Positions 46,383 to 55,028 of a stretch of 55,042 bases of DNA are shown here, in pieces. The translations under genes were made by a program, and so were the position numbers. Positions within the stretch are counted from its first letter, which is position 1; every line of letters starts with the position of its first letter. This stretch comes from a virus. Its lineage: Duplodnaviria; Caudoviricetes. Where the stretch lies: the IMG/VR virus record IMGVR_UViG_3300042908_001089, positions 1 through 55,042 of that record; one strand, given 5' to 3'. A model generated the notes under the pieces. The model searched no databases and was not told the DNA's origin. It saw nothing but the letters and a program-made list of their open reading frames with translations.

Positions 46383-48935
46383 ATGATAGTGTTTCTAATT
46401 CCTAAGGCTGCTCGTCCTAGCAAGACTGTACCTGCAATTCGTTGTATACCGCTTTCTACGATGATCGTAGAGGCTTCTAAAGGTAACAAAGAAGCAGACT
46501 GCTACAAGTTGCTTGCTAAGCCTTTGTTTAGTTCTAGTAGTCTACCTACTGAGGCGGGATTTCCCTACTTAGTTAAGTGGGCTCTTAACAGAAAGTCGTG
46601 GACTCAGTACAGTCTTTGCCGAGACTTAAGGTCTTCTGGTTTAGAAAGAGACATTGCTTTGCTGAAGAAGCAGGGTGTGACTATCTCTAATGGAGATTCG
46701 CAAGTTGTTGCTAGCTTCTTCACACAAGCGAAACAACTAAAAGTCTTGGCTAGCTCTTGGGCTAAAGGCCCGCTTGTGACCTTCACTCTAGTAGAAGGTT
46801 GTCAAGTTGAGTACGACTGTGTTTCTACAGCTCTAAAAATCCTGCACAACGCAGGGGGCAAAGTAGAAAAACGTGGCTCTCAGACAGAAAGAAACTTTTT
46901 GATTGCAGCGTGTTTACCTGCATCAGAAGTTAAGCTTTTTGTTGTAGAGTCTGAGGACTTAGAAGTCGCTATGGATGGTACTGGTACTATCACTAGGGAT
47001 TTCTTTCTTCGGTTACGCAACCAATGGGCTTTAGCTAATCCACAAATAACCGTGGAGCAAGCTATCTTGGATATTCGGACTCTGAACTTCAGAGCTTGGA
47101 TTCCCGGATACGGTCAGCTAAAGATAATGGCTATCGTAACAGACCAAGTGCTTCCTAATGGTGCAGACATCTATGCACACAGGAAGAACTTCAAAGACAA
47201 GGAAGTTTGTGTTCAAGGTGACGTAGCTTTCTTTGGGTTTGATCCGCAAGGATCGAAGCCCTCTGCTTATACCAATAAGCAATGTTTGCGTAACTTTGGC
47301 TGGTTCTTTGGTCTTAAAGATCGAGTCTGGTCTTGGTTTATTAGCAACCTTAAGGCAGGGATTGCTGAGATCAAGAAAGGTAAGACTGTCGAAGAGTCGA
47401 AGCTAGAGCTTCAGCTTTTGAAGTCTGAGAAACGAATTGAAGACTCTTTCTCTACCGGAGAGAGGATTCGTTCTATAGATTGGAATACTTCTGGCGGTTC
47501 GCAAGCAGAACTTCCTGCCCTATTCCAAGGGTCGGTGAAGGACTGGTTGCAGAGGATGACTACTGCAGATATGGCGGAGCAAGAGATTTGGGTAGAGATA
47601 CCCGGTTCTTACTTCAGTCAGATTGTATGTCTTGAGGCTGTTCGTTATGTAGCTCCAGAGCTGTATGCGAAGGGTATTCCTCACGGCAAAGTAGTGTATC
47701 TGAAGAGCCACAAGATCTTTGTGGTTTCTACAGAGTATTGGATCGAGAACCTCATCAACTGGGGTGGCTGCGATCAGGATGATAAGTTTGCACTTGTCTT
47801 CCGCAAGCATAAAGACTCAGGCAAGATTTTTGTTCTTATCTACCGAACTCCTAATGATCGCAATGAGTATGCGATTGCTACGGCTGATGAGGATAACTTG
47901 CCAGGACTCAAGGGAGATTGGCAGTCTGAACCTTGTAGATTTCCTACCACTCGACCTCTTCAAGCTTCTAAGAGCAACGAAGAGATAATCAAGTTGGGAG
48001 GCAAGGTTGAGAACGAAGCTCCTAGACTTCGCACATTCGAAGACTTCCTAGGGAAGCTAGATGTGATGGCCAATCCTGGTTGGGCAGTAAACATCATAGC
48101 CTGTTGGAATACAGGGTATGATACTCGCTGTCCTTTACCGCCTATGGAGGCTTGCATAGACTTGTCTGTCCAGACTTGTGATAGCAACCAGATTGAGTGG
48201 CTGGAAAATAGGTGCCTTAAGCTTGCTAAGAAGATGTACAACGGTGTTATGAACAAGACTATCAAGCTAGATAGAAAGCTAGCTATGTCTGTGTTTCATG
48301 TAGCCGGAGAGTACGATGAAGGCTTTAAGGTGTTACTCAAGCTTAACCACAAGACTCTTAGCAGTTTGCTTTACGAAAGCGACTACAGTCTGTTATGCCA
48401 AGCTGCTTCTGAGCGTATTCAGAAGGAGTTAGATTGGTTTGAGACTGTAGCTGACGAGTTGAGCGTTAACGCTTGGACGGTTTCGCTTCCTAAGCTCAAG
48501 AAAATTGCTGCTCGAATCCGCAAGGATTTTGGCGACAGTCTTTACGAGATCATGGTAGACAGGGTTAATCTCACCTTCGCAAGGTGGGCTTCCTGCTACA
48601 AGGGCCCAGACGTTGAGCTGTTTCGATGGATACCTAGAGGAGAAGAGCAATCTAAGCTTTCTCCAATGGGCTTTGACATCGTGGCAAGGAAACAAAAGGC
48701 TTTGCTGCTTACTCAACGAAAGTATATATGGAGCCGGTTCCCTAAGAACTATTCCAGAGAAGCTTTCGAAAAGGTATTAGCTTTTGTAGCTCTCTACCAG
48801 TTGTTTAGTCAGGCCAATGCTGATCATGCAACTCCAATTAAGAACCTTGACCTACACAAGGGGCTTGAGAAGGGCAGCTTAATCAGTCATAAGTGGCTGT
48901 TCGAAACCTTCTGCAAGGTTAGAAAACAGATGTAA
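46383..48935 (+). CDS. Putative single-subunit two-barrel RNA polymerase (YonO / cellular RdRP-like), divergent
   Basis: Motifs KRGSQ, MDGTGTI, NFR..G.LK, AYTNKQ, WGGCDQDD, YRTPN, PG.AVN, CIDLS; GAGGAG RBS before ATG 46383. Confidence 0.72.
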   Translation: MIVFLIPKAARPSKTVPAIRCIPLSTMIVEASKGNKEADCYKLLAKPLFSSSSLPTEAGFPYLVKWALNRKSWTQYSLCRDLRSSGLERDIALLKKQGVTISNGDSQVVASFFTQAKQLKVLASSWAKGPLVTFTLVEGCQVEYDCVSTALKILHNAGGKVEKRGSQTERNFLIAACLPASEVKLFVVESEDLEVAMDGTGTITRDFFLRLRNQWALANPQITVEQAILDIRTLNFRAWIPGYGQLKIMAIVTDQVLPNGADIYAHRKNFKDKEVCVQGDVAFFGFDPQGSKPSAYTNKQCLRNFGWFFGLKDRVWSWFISNLKAGIAEIKKGKTVEESKLELQLLKSEKRIEDSFSTGERIRSIDWNTSGGSQAELPALFQGSVKDWLQRMTTADMAEQEIWVEIPGSYFSQIVCLEAVRYVAPELYAKGIPHGKVVYLKSHKIFVVSTEYWIENLINWGGCDQDDKFALVFRKHKDSGKIFVLIYRTPNDRNEYAIATADEDNLPGLKGDWQSEPCRFPTTRPLQASKSNEEIIKLGGKVENEAPRLRTFEDFLGKLDVMANPGWAVNIIACWNTGYDTRCPLPPMEACIDLSVQTCDSNQIEWLENRCLKLAKKMYNGVMNKTIKLDRKLAMSVFHVAGEYDEGFKVLLKLNHKTLSSLLYESDYSLLCQAASERIQKELDWFETVADELSVNAWTVSLPKLKKIAARIRKDFGDSLYEIMVDRVNLTFARWASCYKGPDVELFRWIPRGEEQSKLSPMGFDIVARKQKALLLTQRKYIWSRFPKNYSREAFEKVLAFVALYQLFSQANADHATPIKNLDLHKGLEKGSLISHKWLFETFCKVRKQM

Positions 48936-48939
48936 GCAT

Positions 48940-49262
48940 CCGTGTTCCTCCTAGTCTTAGGACTGGGAGGGATTCGTAATGCCCTTTCGCAAGAGAGGGT
49001 GCTACGAATCTCTCCTATTACCTCGAAAGTTCTTTCGATGGAGATGATTTCTGTGCAGAGATAACCCTCTCTGCCTGTCTGCCTACCATTATGCCAGGCA
49101 CTCTCCCCCTATGCGGGCTAGACTTCCGTCTCGCAAGCTCGCCTTCAGCCACTTGCATGTTGTTCGCTTCGCTCACGCGTAATTAGTTGTGCCCAAAGAT
49201 CCGTGTTAGTTCATAGATGTATCGGCCTTACGAGAATCGGGGAAGCAATTTCGCTCCCTTAA
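48940..49262 (+). ncRNA. Candidate structured non-coding RNA / regulatory leader downstream of the RNAP-like gene
   Basis: At least six hairpins, G-U pairs that work on the + strand, a GCAA tetraloop, overlapping alternative stems. Confidence 0.45.
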
Positions 49263-49284
49263 CTTCATGTTCAAGGAGATCATC

Positions 49285-49740
49285 ATGGAATCTATTTACT
49301 CTGTCATCACTGCGATCAAAGGTCTTAATACTTTCGATGCTTACAAGACCAAAGCAGAGTTCCCCAAAGGCTTTACCCCAAAGTTTGAAGGCTTTGTTGA
49401 AGGGGTATGCAAGTCTTTTCCTTACTGGACAAGCGAAGGCAAAGCCCAGTTTAAAGCTCGAGTAAAACAAGGGCTAAGTCCTCTTATGTTTGACCGGCTT
49501 CGTGAGAAGCTTCAAGCCCTTGTAGGTGTGGTCACTCTTAAAGATATGGCCAAGACTACTACCAAGCCGGACATCATGGCTGAGTTGGTCAAGTTATCTA
49601 AAGGCATTGAGTCCCTTCGAGCTGAGTTAGCCAAGGTCTTTGCTGAAAAGGCGAAGGAGATTGAAACTCCTAAGCCCAAAGCAAAGAAGAAAGCAAAAGC
49701 TGTTCTGGTTGCAGAGGAAGAAGAACTCTTCCCTCTGTAG
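49285..49740 (+). CDS. Hypothetical protein
   Basis: AAGGAG RBS before MESIYS; helical, with Lys-rich then acidic C-terminus. Confidence 0.75.
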   Translation: MESIYSVITAIKGLNTFDAYKTKAEFPKGFTPKFEGFVEGVCKSFPYWTSEGKAQFKARVKQGLSPLMFDRLREKLQALVGVVTLKDMAKTTTKPDIMAELVKLSKGIESLRAELAKVFAEKAKEIETPKPKAKKKAKAVLVAEEEELFPL

Positions 49741-49755
49741 CCTGCAAAACCTATT

Positions 49756-49785
49756 ACCTCCATCCTCACCAGGGTGGAGGTCTTA
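49756..49785 (+). terminator. Probable terminator
   Basis: ACCTCCATCCT-cacc-AGGGTGGAGGT shortly after the stop codon; weak U tract. Confidence 0.6.
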
Positions 49786-49996
49786 GTAATCCTGTTGCAC
49801 TTCGTGCTTACTTTGAAATATCCGCTCCTTCGTCGCTCCTAAGTGGGGGCAGACCAAGGGGTCTTTTTTTTAAGCCCGAGGGTTAGGTTGTGGCCTTAGT
49901 AACTAAGCGAGTTTTACTTTTGATGGTTGCTTGGTCTGTCGAGATGCGGGGTTCGCATTGTGCGTTCTCTATTACCTTTAACATGGAGATTAAACC

Positions 49997-50197
49997 ATGC
50001 CGAGTGAGCAAGACCATGAGCTGCCCGAAGGGGTTTGCGTACCCACTGATCCCTTGGTGGAGTACAAGTTTGAGCCTGTTAAAGCCCCGACTAAGGGCTT
50101 CATAACAATAGACAATGGCAATCCTATTACTTTTGCTTTTGAAAGTAAGGACTTCACCTCGTTTTTAGAAACATTACTTAGGAGTAACGCAAGATGA
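49997..50197 (+). CDS. Hypothetical protein
   Basis: GGAG RBS, ATGA overlap with the next gene. Confidence 0.6.
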   Translation: MPSEQDHELPEGVCVPTDPLVEYKFEPVKAPTKGFITIDNGNPITFAFESKDFTSFLETLLRSNAR

Positions 50198-50523
50198 AAG
50201 AATTTTTAAGATGGTTTTTTGTTTTTGTTTGCGGACTGGTGCTGGTAAATGCCGGCTTCCAGTACGCAATGTACACAATCGACAAAGAGATTCGGTCAGT
50301 TCATGTAGGGCCTTTGCCTACACCTGCCCCTGAGGTTGTGCTTAAACCGTATGAGGATGATCCTCTTATGGAAAACATGGAGCTACTTAGGCTGCAAGAC
50401 TTGGAGTATTGCCCAAGGCATTACTACGAGATGCAACTTAAGGGTAAAGAATACTGGATGCACCAGACTACAAAGAAGGTGTACACCAAAGACGCTAACG
50501 GGAAGTTGGTGAGTGCTCTATGA
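50194..50523 (+). CDS. Hypothetical membrane-anchored protein
   Basis: N-terminal TM segment, AGGAG RBS. Confidence 0.7.
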   Translation: MKEFLRWFFVFVCGLVLVNAGFQYAMYTIDKEIRSVHVGPLPTPAPEVVLKPYEDDPLMENMELLRLQDLEYCPRHYYEMQLKGKEYWMHQTTKKVYTKDANGKLVSAL

Positions 50524-50864
50524 AAACCAAACCCAAAGCCAAACGCAAGGTAAAGGTTGAGGTCGTGCCTCAATGGAAGAAGAACTTAACTAAGGCATGG
50601 AAGGTGCAAGCCGTCCGGACTTTTGTTTACAGCTTCTTTACCGTTTTTATGTTCATGGTTCCTTGGTATCTCATGAGCGGAGAAGAGCAAGTGAACTTCT
50701 CCCAACTCAAGGAGTACCAACCGCCCCCTACCGGGGTCGATCCGTTACGGTACAAGGAGGAAAGGGAAGGTGGGTTAAGGGTCTACCAGAAGGGCAACCA
50801 ATTACTATGGGCCAATGAACCCAGTAGTAAACGGATGCCTATTCAACCCAAGGTTCACTACTGA
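50520..50864 (+). CDS. Hypothetical membrane protein
   Basis: Basic N-terminus plus TM, ATGA coupling. Confidence 0.7.
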   Translation: MKTKPKAKRKVKVEVVPQWKKNLTKAWKVQAVRTFVYSFFTVFMFMVPWYLMSGEEQVNFSQLKEYQPPPTGVDPLRYKEEREGGLRVYQKGNQLLWANEPSSKRMPIQPKVHY

Positions 50865-50898
50865 AAAAGAATTCTAGTTCCATAATCTTTCGGGCCCA

Positions 50899-50945
50899 AG
50901 CCCTAGCTCTGTCCCCTACCGGGGATGGGTTAGGGTTTTTTCTTT
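50899..50945 (+). terminator. Intrinsic terminator
   Basis: CCCTAGC..TGTCCCC-tacc-GGGGATG-GGTTAGGG then TTTTTT. Confidence 0.8.
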
Positions 50946-51028
50946 CTCTTGGTTGGGGAATCTCCCCCCATTAGGGCCTGCTGAGATTTGGGGATAGCAG
51001 TTCGCTACCTAATCTAATGGAGTTAACC

Positions 51029-51277
51029 ATGCCTAGTTTGTCAACGCTTATTCGCACGATAGAACGTGCACCTATTAACAAAGCTTTGCGGGCGTTCCGC
51101 ACAGCTAAAAAAATCCATCTGCAAATGGAAGTATCCAATGAGGGTGACGCTGCTAACCGCAGACAATTTGAAACCCAATTAGATAACGCTCTTGCAAGAC
51201 GGAAACAGTTTGGGTGTCACAACACCCGTGAAACCATTAAGGAGATCGAGGACGATGTATGTCTATCTTATTCTTAG
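51029..51277 (+). CDS. Hypothetical protein
   Basis: GGAG RBS before MPSLST. Confidence 0.6.
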   Translation: MPSLSTLIRTIERAPINKALRAFRTAKKIHLQMEVSNEGDAANRRQFETQLDNALARRKQFGCHNTRETIKEIEDDVCLSYS

Positions 51278-51428
51278 TTTATTACCTGGCTCATTTGAGA
51301 AGACAGAAAACGGGTTCAAAATAACACCGGCAATTGTGCTGGTGTTCCAATGGGCAGCAGAACTTGTAAGGGCTTTCCTTACTAAGAAGACTGTTGCCTC
51401 AACCTCTAAAAAGAAAGCGGTGAAGTAA
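51255..51428 (+). CDS. Small hypothetical hydrophobic protein
   Basis: GAGG RBS before MYVYLILSLL; TAATG coupling to the next gene. Confidence 0.5.
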   Translation: MYVYLILSLLPGSFEKTENGFKITPAIVLVFQWAAELVRAFLTKKTVASTSKKKAVK

Positions 51429-51862
51429 TGAAGAAGGATATTAAACCTACGGTGGTTCAAACCGTTCAAAGCTTTTGGACTAAGCTTGACATGCGGAACC
51501 GTGTGATCGCTGGTCTTACTGCTGGTGTTATGGCCTTCGGCTTTGGGTACTACTATACCCAAGCCAAGACCGTGAGCGAAGCTATCAGATCAGACATGGG
51601 ACAGCATACTAAAGTGCAGTTCCGTGTTGCTGGCGGTAAGGATTCCGCTTGGTACTCTGCGTCTAAGTACACGCTGTTGCAAGACAGCTCGTCCTATAAA
51701 GACAAGCACCTTACCATTAGCATTGATAGGAAGGCTTGCCCCAACTTAACTTATCGTGACTTAAAAGGTAAGTTGATTACGGTTGATGGCATGTTGGAAA
51801 ACTATAAGGGCAAGTCGCCCAGCATTCGCGTCACTAACCCCAACCAAATTGTTGTTAACTAA
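51428..51862 (+). CDS. Membrane-anchored OB-fold protein
   Basis: TM segment, then LKGKLITVDG..ENYKGK.PSIRVTNPNQI OB-fold signature. Confidence 0.7.
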   Translation: MKKDIKPTVVQTVQSFWTKLDMRNRVIAGLTAGVMAFGFGYYYTQAKTVSEAIRSDMGQHTKVQFRVAGGKDSAWYSASKYTLLQDSSSYKDKHLTISIDRKACPNLTYRDLKGKLITVDGMLENYKGKSPSIRVTNPNQIVVN

Positions 51863-51886
51863 CTTTTACTTATAGGAGATTGACTC

Positions 51887-52369
51887 ATGGATATTAAATC
51901 AAGGTTCGCACAGATCAAACAAACCGCAAAACCAAAGAGCGAAAGACTCGCAGCCTTGTGGTTACGCGGTGATGTATTCAGCTCGGGTAGCACCGAAGAC
52001 ATAACAGTTATTGCTAAGCCCTCTGAGGACGGCAGCAGCTTTGAGATCTTGCAGGGCGACCACAAGAACTTGGATGCAGCAAAGTGCAAGACTGTTATTG
52101 GAACTTTGGTAGCACCAGAATCCCAAGACAAAGTTGCAGTAAGAGTTGACGAAGAACTCTTTGATAACTTTATCTTCCGAGGGATCTTAAAGATCAAAGG
52201 TGTGCCAAGACAAGCAACTCTATTCGTAACTAGTGAAGAAGAGATTGCTGCTCGTTGCCTAAAGTCTGGTGCTGAAGCTGCGAAGTTTCCACCAGCGTAC
52301 ATACTTTATACTCCGGACTTAGTAGCCAACGCGGAACCTCTTCCACCAAAGAAGGGTAAGAAGAAGTAG
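51887..52369 (+). CDS. Hypothetical protein (possible ssDNA-binding beta fold)
   Basis: AGGAG RBS; RLAALW, IGTLV, FRGILKI beta motifs. Confidence 0.65.
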   Translation: MDIKSRFAQIKQTAKPKSERLAALWLRGDVFSSGSTEDITVIAKPSEDGSSFEILQGDHKNLDAAKCKTVIGTLVAPESQDKVAVRVDEELFDNFIFRGILKIKGVPRQATLFVTSEEEIAARCLKSGAEAAKFPPAYILYTPDLVANAEPLPPKKGKKK

Positions 52370-52410
52370 GCTACTTGAAACCTTTAGCTACGGCTGAAGT
52401 AAACCTAAAG

Positions 52411-52447
52411 ACCTTTACCCCTAACAAGGGTAGAGGTTCTTTTTTTT
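52411..52447 (+). terminator. Intrinsic terminator
   Basis: ACCTTTACCC-loop-GGGTAGAGGT followed by an 8-T run. Confidence 0.85.
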
Positions 52448-52993
52448 GCTACCGCAAACCTAGAGGTTAGTCCTGGCTCATGTAGGAACTACCGTTCCCC
52501 CTTTAGAAGATGCTCCTTCGTCGCTTATTAAAACCCAACAGAAAAGGGTGGGGTAATCTCCCCATACTAAACAAGTGTATAGATACACAAGGTAGACCAG
52601 TCGCTCTCTGCAAAATCCCAACACTTTTCTACCCCTCTATATATAAGGAGAGAAATGCCATTCTTATTTTTGAGAATCAGTTAGTCCTTAAGTAAAAAGT
52701 CATTCCTCTTTCGTTCGGTAAAGGTGTTAGGTGCATCTCGCTTAGCTACCTTACTTACCTTTTGTCTACTGCCTAGGCTGCGAGATTTTAGAGCCGAGAC
52801 TTTTACCTCTAGGTTTAGGTAGTAGAAAAGGTCTGCCACATTTGCAGCTAAGGTTATAGGGGTTTGGGAATCCAAAAGTTCCGCACCCTATCGATGAAAC
52901 ATATTCTTACAACCAAGGTTTGGGGCAAGGTCTAGGGGGTTTAGGCCTGTTGGGATATGGGGTTGGATTTGTTACCGCTTACAAGGAGGGTCT

Positions 52994-53431
52994 ATGCAAT
53001 TTGAATTTGGAATCAATCGTGAGGTTGTGGACTCCCATGTAGAGGAGTTCTGCCAAGCTTCTGTTGACCGGCTGGAGTTGGAAGAGCCAACGCACAAGCA
53101 ACACTTACTTAAAGGGAACGATGCAATGAGTACCTATTACGAAACAAGTCCGGGCATTCCTTATAAGACCTTAAAGGAAAACCTGCCTGCTGGTTTGTCT
53201 TCTTATCGGGGTGATAACCTGGGAACTTTGGAAGCGTTTGCCGTTACGGATGGCGAAGCTTACCTATGGGTCTACCCGTCACGAGGAATGTCAAGCTCCG
53301 TCTTTGTTCGTTACGGCAACAACAAAGTGAACGGAATCATAAAGCGATTGAGTGATGCTTTCTCTGTAGAGTTTGCATCTGAGTACGACATATGGCCATG
53401 CAAAGAAGGAGTCACTAATGGTTCAGTATGA
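52994..53431 (+). CDS. Hypothetical protein
   Basis: AAGGAGG RBS, 145 aa. Confidence 0.7.
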   Translation: MQFEFGINREVVDSHVEEFCQASVDRLELEEPTHKQHLLKGNDAMSTYYETSPGIPYKTLKENLPAGLSSYRGDNLGTLEAFAVTDGEAYLWVYPSRGMSSSVFVRYGNNKVNGIIKRLSDAFSVEFASEYDIWPCKEGVTNGSV

Positions 53432-55028
53432 CGCAAGGGTGTTGCACTTTCCTACTCTTCACCCTGAGGTTCTAAAGCTTCACCCAGACTTAAAGAATTT
53501 GTTTGCTAGCTTTCGGGTAGCTCTGTCCCCGACCAAAGGGAACAACGCTTTCATTTCTGTAAAGCCTAATCCTAAAGCTTCGTTTTCTATTAGCCTTGAT
53601 AAGAGTTTGCAGTTCCTTTTGAAAGTAAAAGATAACTATGTGGTTAAACGGGAGAGCAAAGAAAGCGTTAAGATCTACTCTTGTTTTCCTGCTTACAACT
53701 GGCAAGGCTTGTCTTGGTTTTCTTATGAAGACCTTGTTGCTTTAAAGAAGAAAGGCTATGAGTCCTTACTACAAAAGAACTTTGTACACCCGCAAGATGC
53801 CAAGCCGTTCTTAGGCTGGAAGGATACTGGCATGGGGTACTGCACTAAGACTAATAAGATGGTACGCAAGGGTAAACCTAAGTACACCTACAACGGTTGT
53901 GCCACGATCAATCTCTTGCAAGCTATAGAACGTATGCCTGTAAACGGAAGCGTGAGAGCAACCACCGCAGACATGGGTTTCGATATGGTTAAGCGGTCTT
54001 ACTTAGAGTACTTGGTCTATGACGGTGATGGAGTTGGCACAGGTATGAAGTCTGCCATCGCTTCTATTCCAGGTAGCAATGCTTTGCGTGATTCAATTAT
54101 CCTTTACTTAAACAAAAGTAATGATGCCTCTTGCCCTTCTGAGATAAGACCTAAAAGAAATTATGTAATTAAAGAAGGGGTTCTTTTCTTCCCGCAAAGT
54201 TATGCGTCCGAGCCTGCAGTTACTAGAGCAACTAGAAAGCAATGGGAAAGAATTGATATCCCTGAGCCTAAAGATCTAGACTGGAAACCTTTTTGTACCT
54301 TTGGTTACTACGATAAAAATACTTTTGTAGCTAGCGGTCTACCTTACAAGCTTGCGTTTGAAAGTCATGGTGTACCTACATGGATTAAACGAGAGGTTAA
54401 GAACGAGGAAGAAAAATCTCCTGAGCATTTCCAATCCCTTGAAGAGTGGGAACGCAATGCTCCTTGGCAAGACGCAGAAGAGGTTGCAGACTTCAAACCT
54501 TTTATACCACCGACTTCTTTTAGCAATCAAGTTAAATGGTTCTGGGATCTAAAGAAGCAAGTTGTTTCTTTTGCAGATCGATGGGAACACCACATGGGTA
54601 AAGCTACGGTAGAGAGATCAGAGAAAGATGAACGGGTTTATATGTGGGACAGAGAAGACTTAGAAAGCCAGTATGAAAAAATGGTCTGGGAATCTAGTGA
54701 GGTATTAAAGCTTAATGAAAAGCTTAAGCCTATAAAGGTGGTGAAGGAAGTCTTGAGAGAGTTAAAGAAAGCAAAGACTGTAGAGTCTGATCAAGAAAGT
54801 AAAGCTAAAGAATGGGCTAAGATAATTTACGAATGGATTGCATACGACTTAGTTGGTCGAGCTAAGATAGCCAAGCGGGATGAGAAGCTTCTAGCTTTCA
54901 ATCTAAAGAAAGCCAAGCACAACAGAGTTAGACTTAAGAACATGAGTGAGGTTGTGCGTAAGAAACCCTTTAGCTCTAAAGCTGTTTGTCATATCGGTAC
55001 GGATACTGCAAGTTACTATTACCTTTAA
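53418..55028 (+). CDS. Hypothetical protein (536 aa)
   Basis: AAGGAG RBS before MVQYDARV; no family recognised. Confidence 0.75.
   Translation: MVQYDARVLHFPTLHPEVLKLHPDLKNLFASFRVALSPTKGNNAFISVKPNPKASFSISLDKSLQFLLKVKDNYVVKRESKESVKIYSCFPAYNWQGLSWFSYEDLVALKKKGYESLLQKNFVHPQDAKPFLGWKDTGMGYCTKTNKMVRKGKPKYTYNGCATINLLQAIERMPVNGSVRATTADMGFDMVKRSYLEYLVYDGDGVGTGMKSAIASIPGSNALRDSIILYLNKSNDASCPSEIRPKRNYVIKEGVLFFPQSYASEPAVTRATRKQWERIDIPEPKDLDWKPFCTFGYYDKNTFVASGLPYKLAFESHGVPTWIKREVKNEEEKSPEHFQSLEEWERNAPWQDAEEVADFKPFIPPTSFSNQVKWFWDLKKQVVSFADRWEHHMGKATVERSEKDERVYMWDREDLESQYEKMVWESSEVLKLNEKLKPIKVVKEVLRELKKAKTVESDQESKAKEWAKIIYEWIAYDLVGRAKIAKRDEKLLAFNLKKAKHNRVRLKNMSEVVRKKPFSSKAVCHIGTDTASYYYL

Noticed and set aside
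46313-49188. GTAATTAGTT 10-mer upstream of two early genes (46313, 49179)
   Set aside because: Two copies of an AT-rich 10-mer could arise by chance
52630-52655. T7-like promoter (CTCTATATATAAGGAGAG)
   Set aside because: Single copy, and no T7-type RNAP in the window
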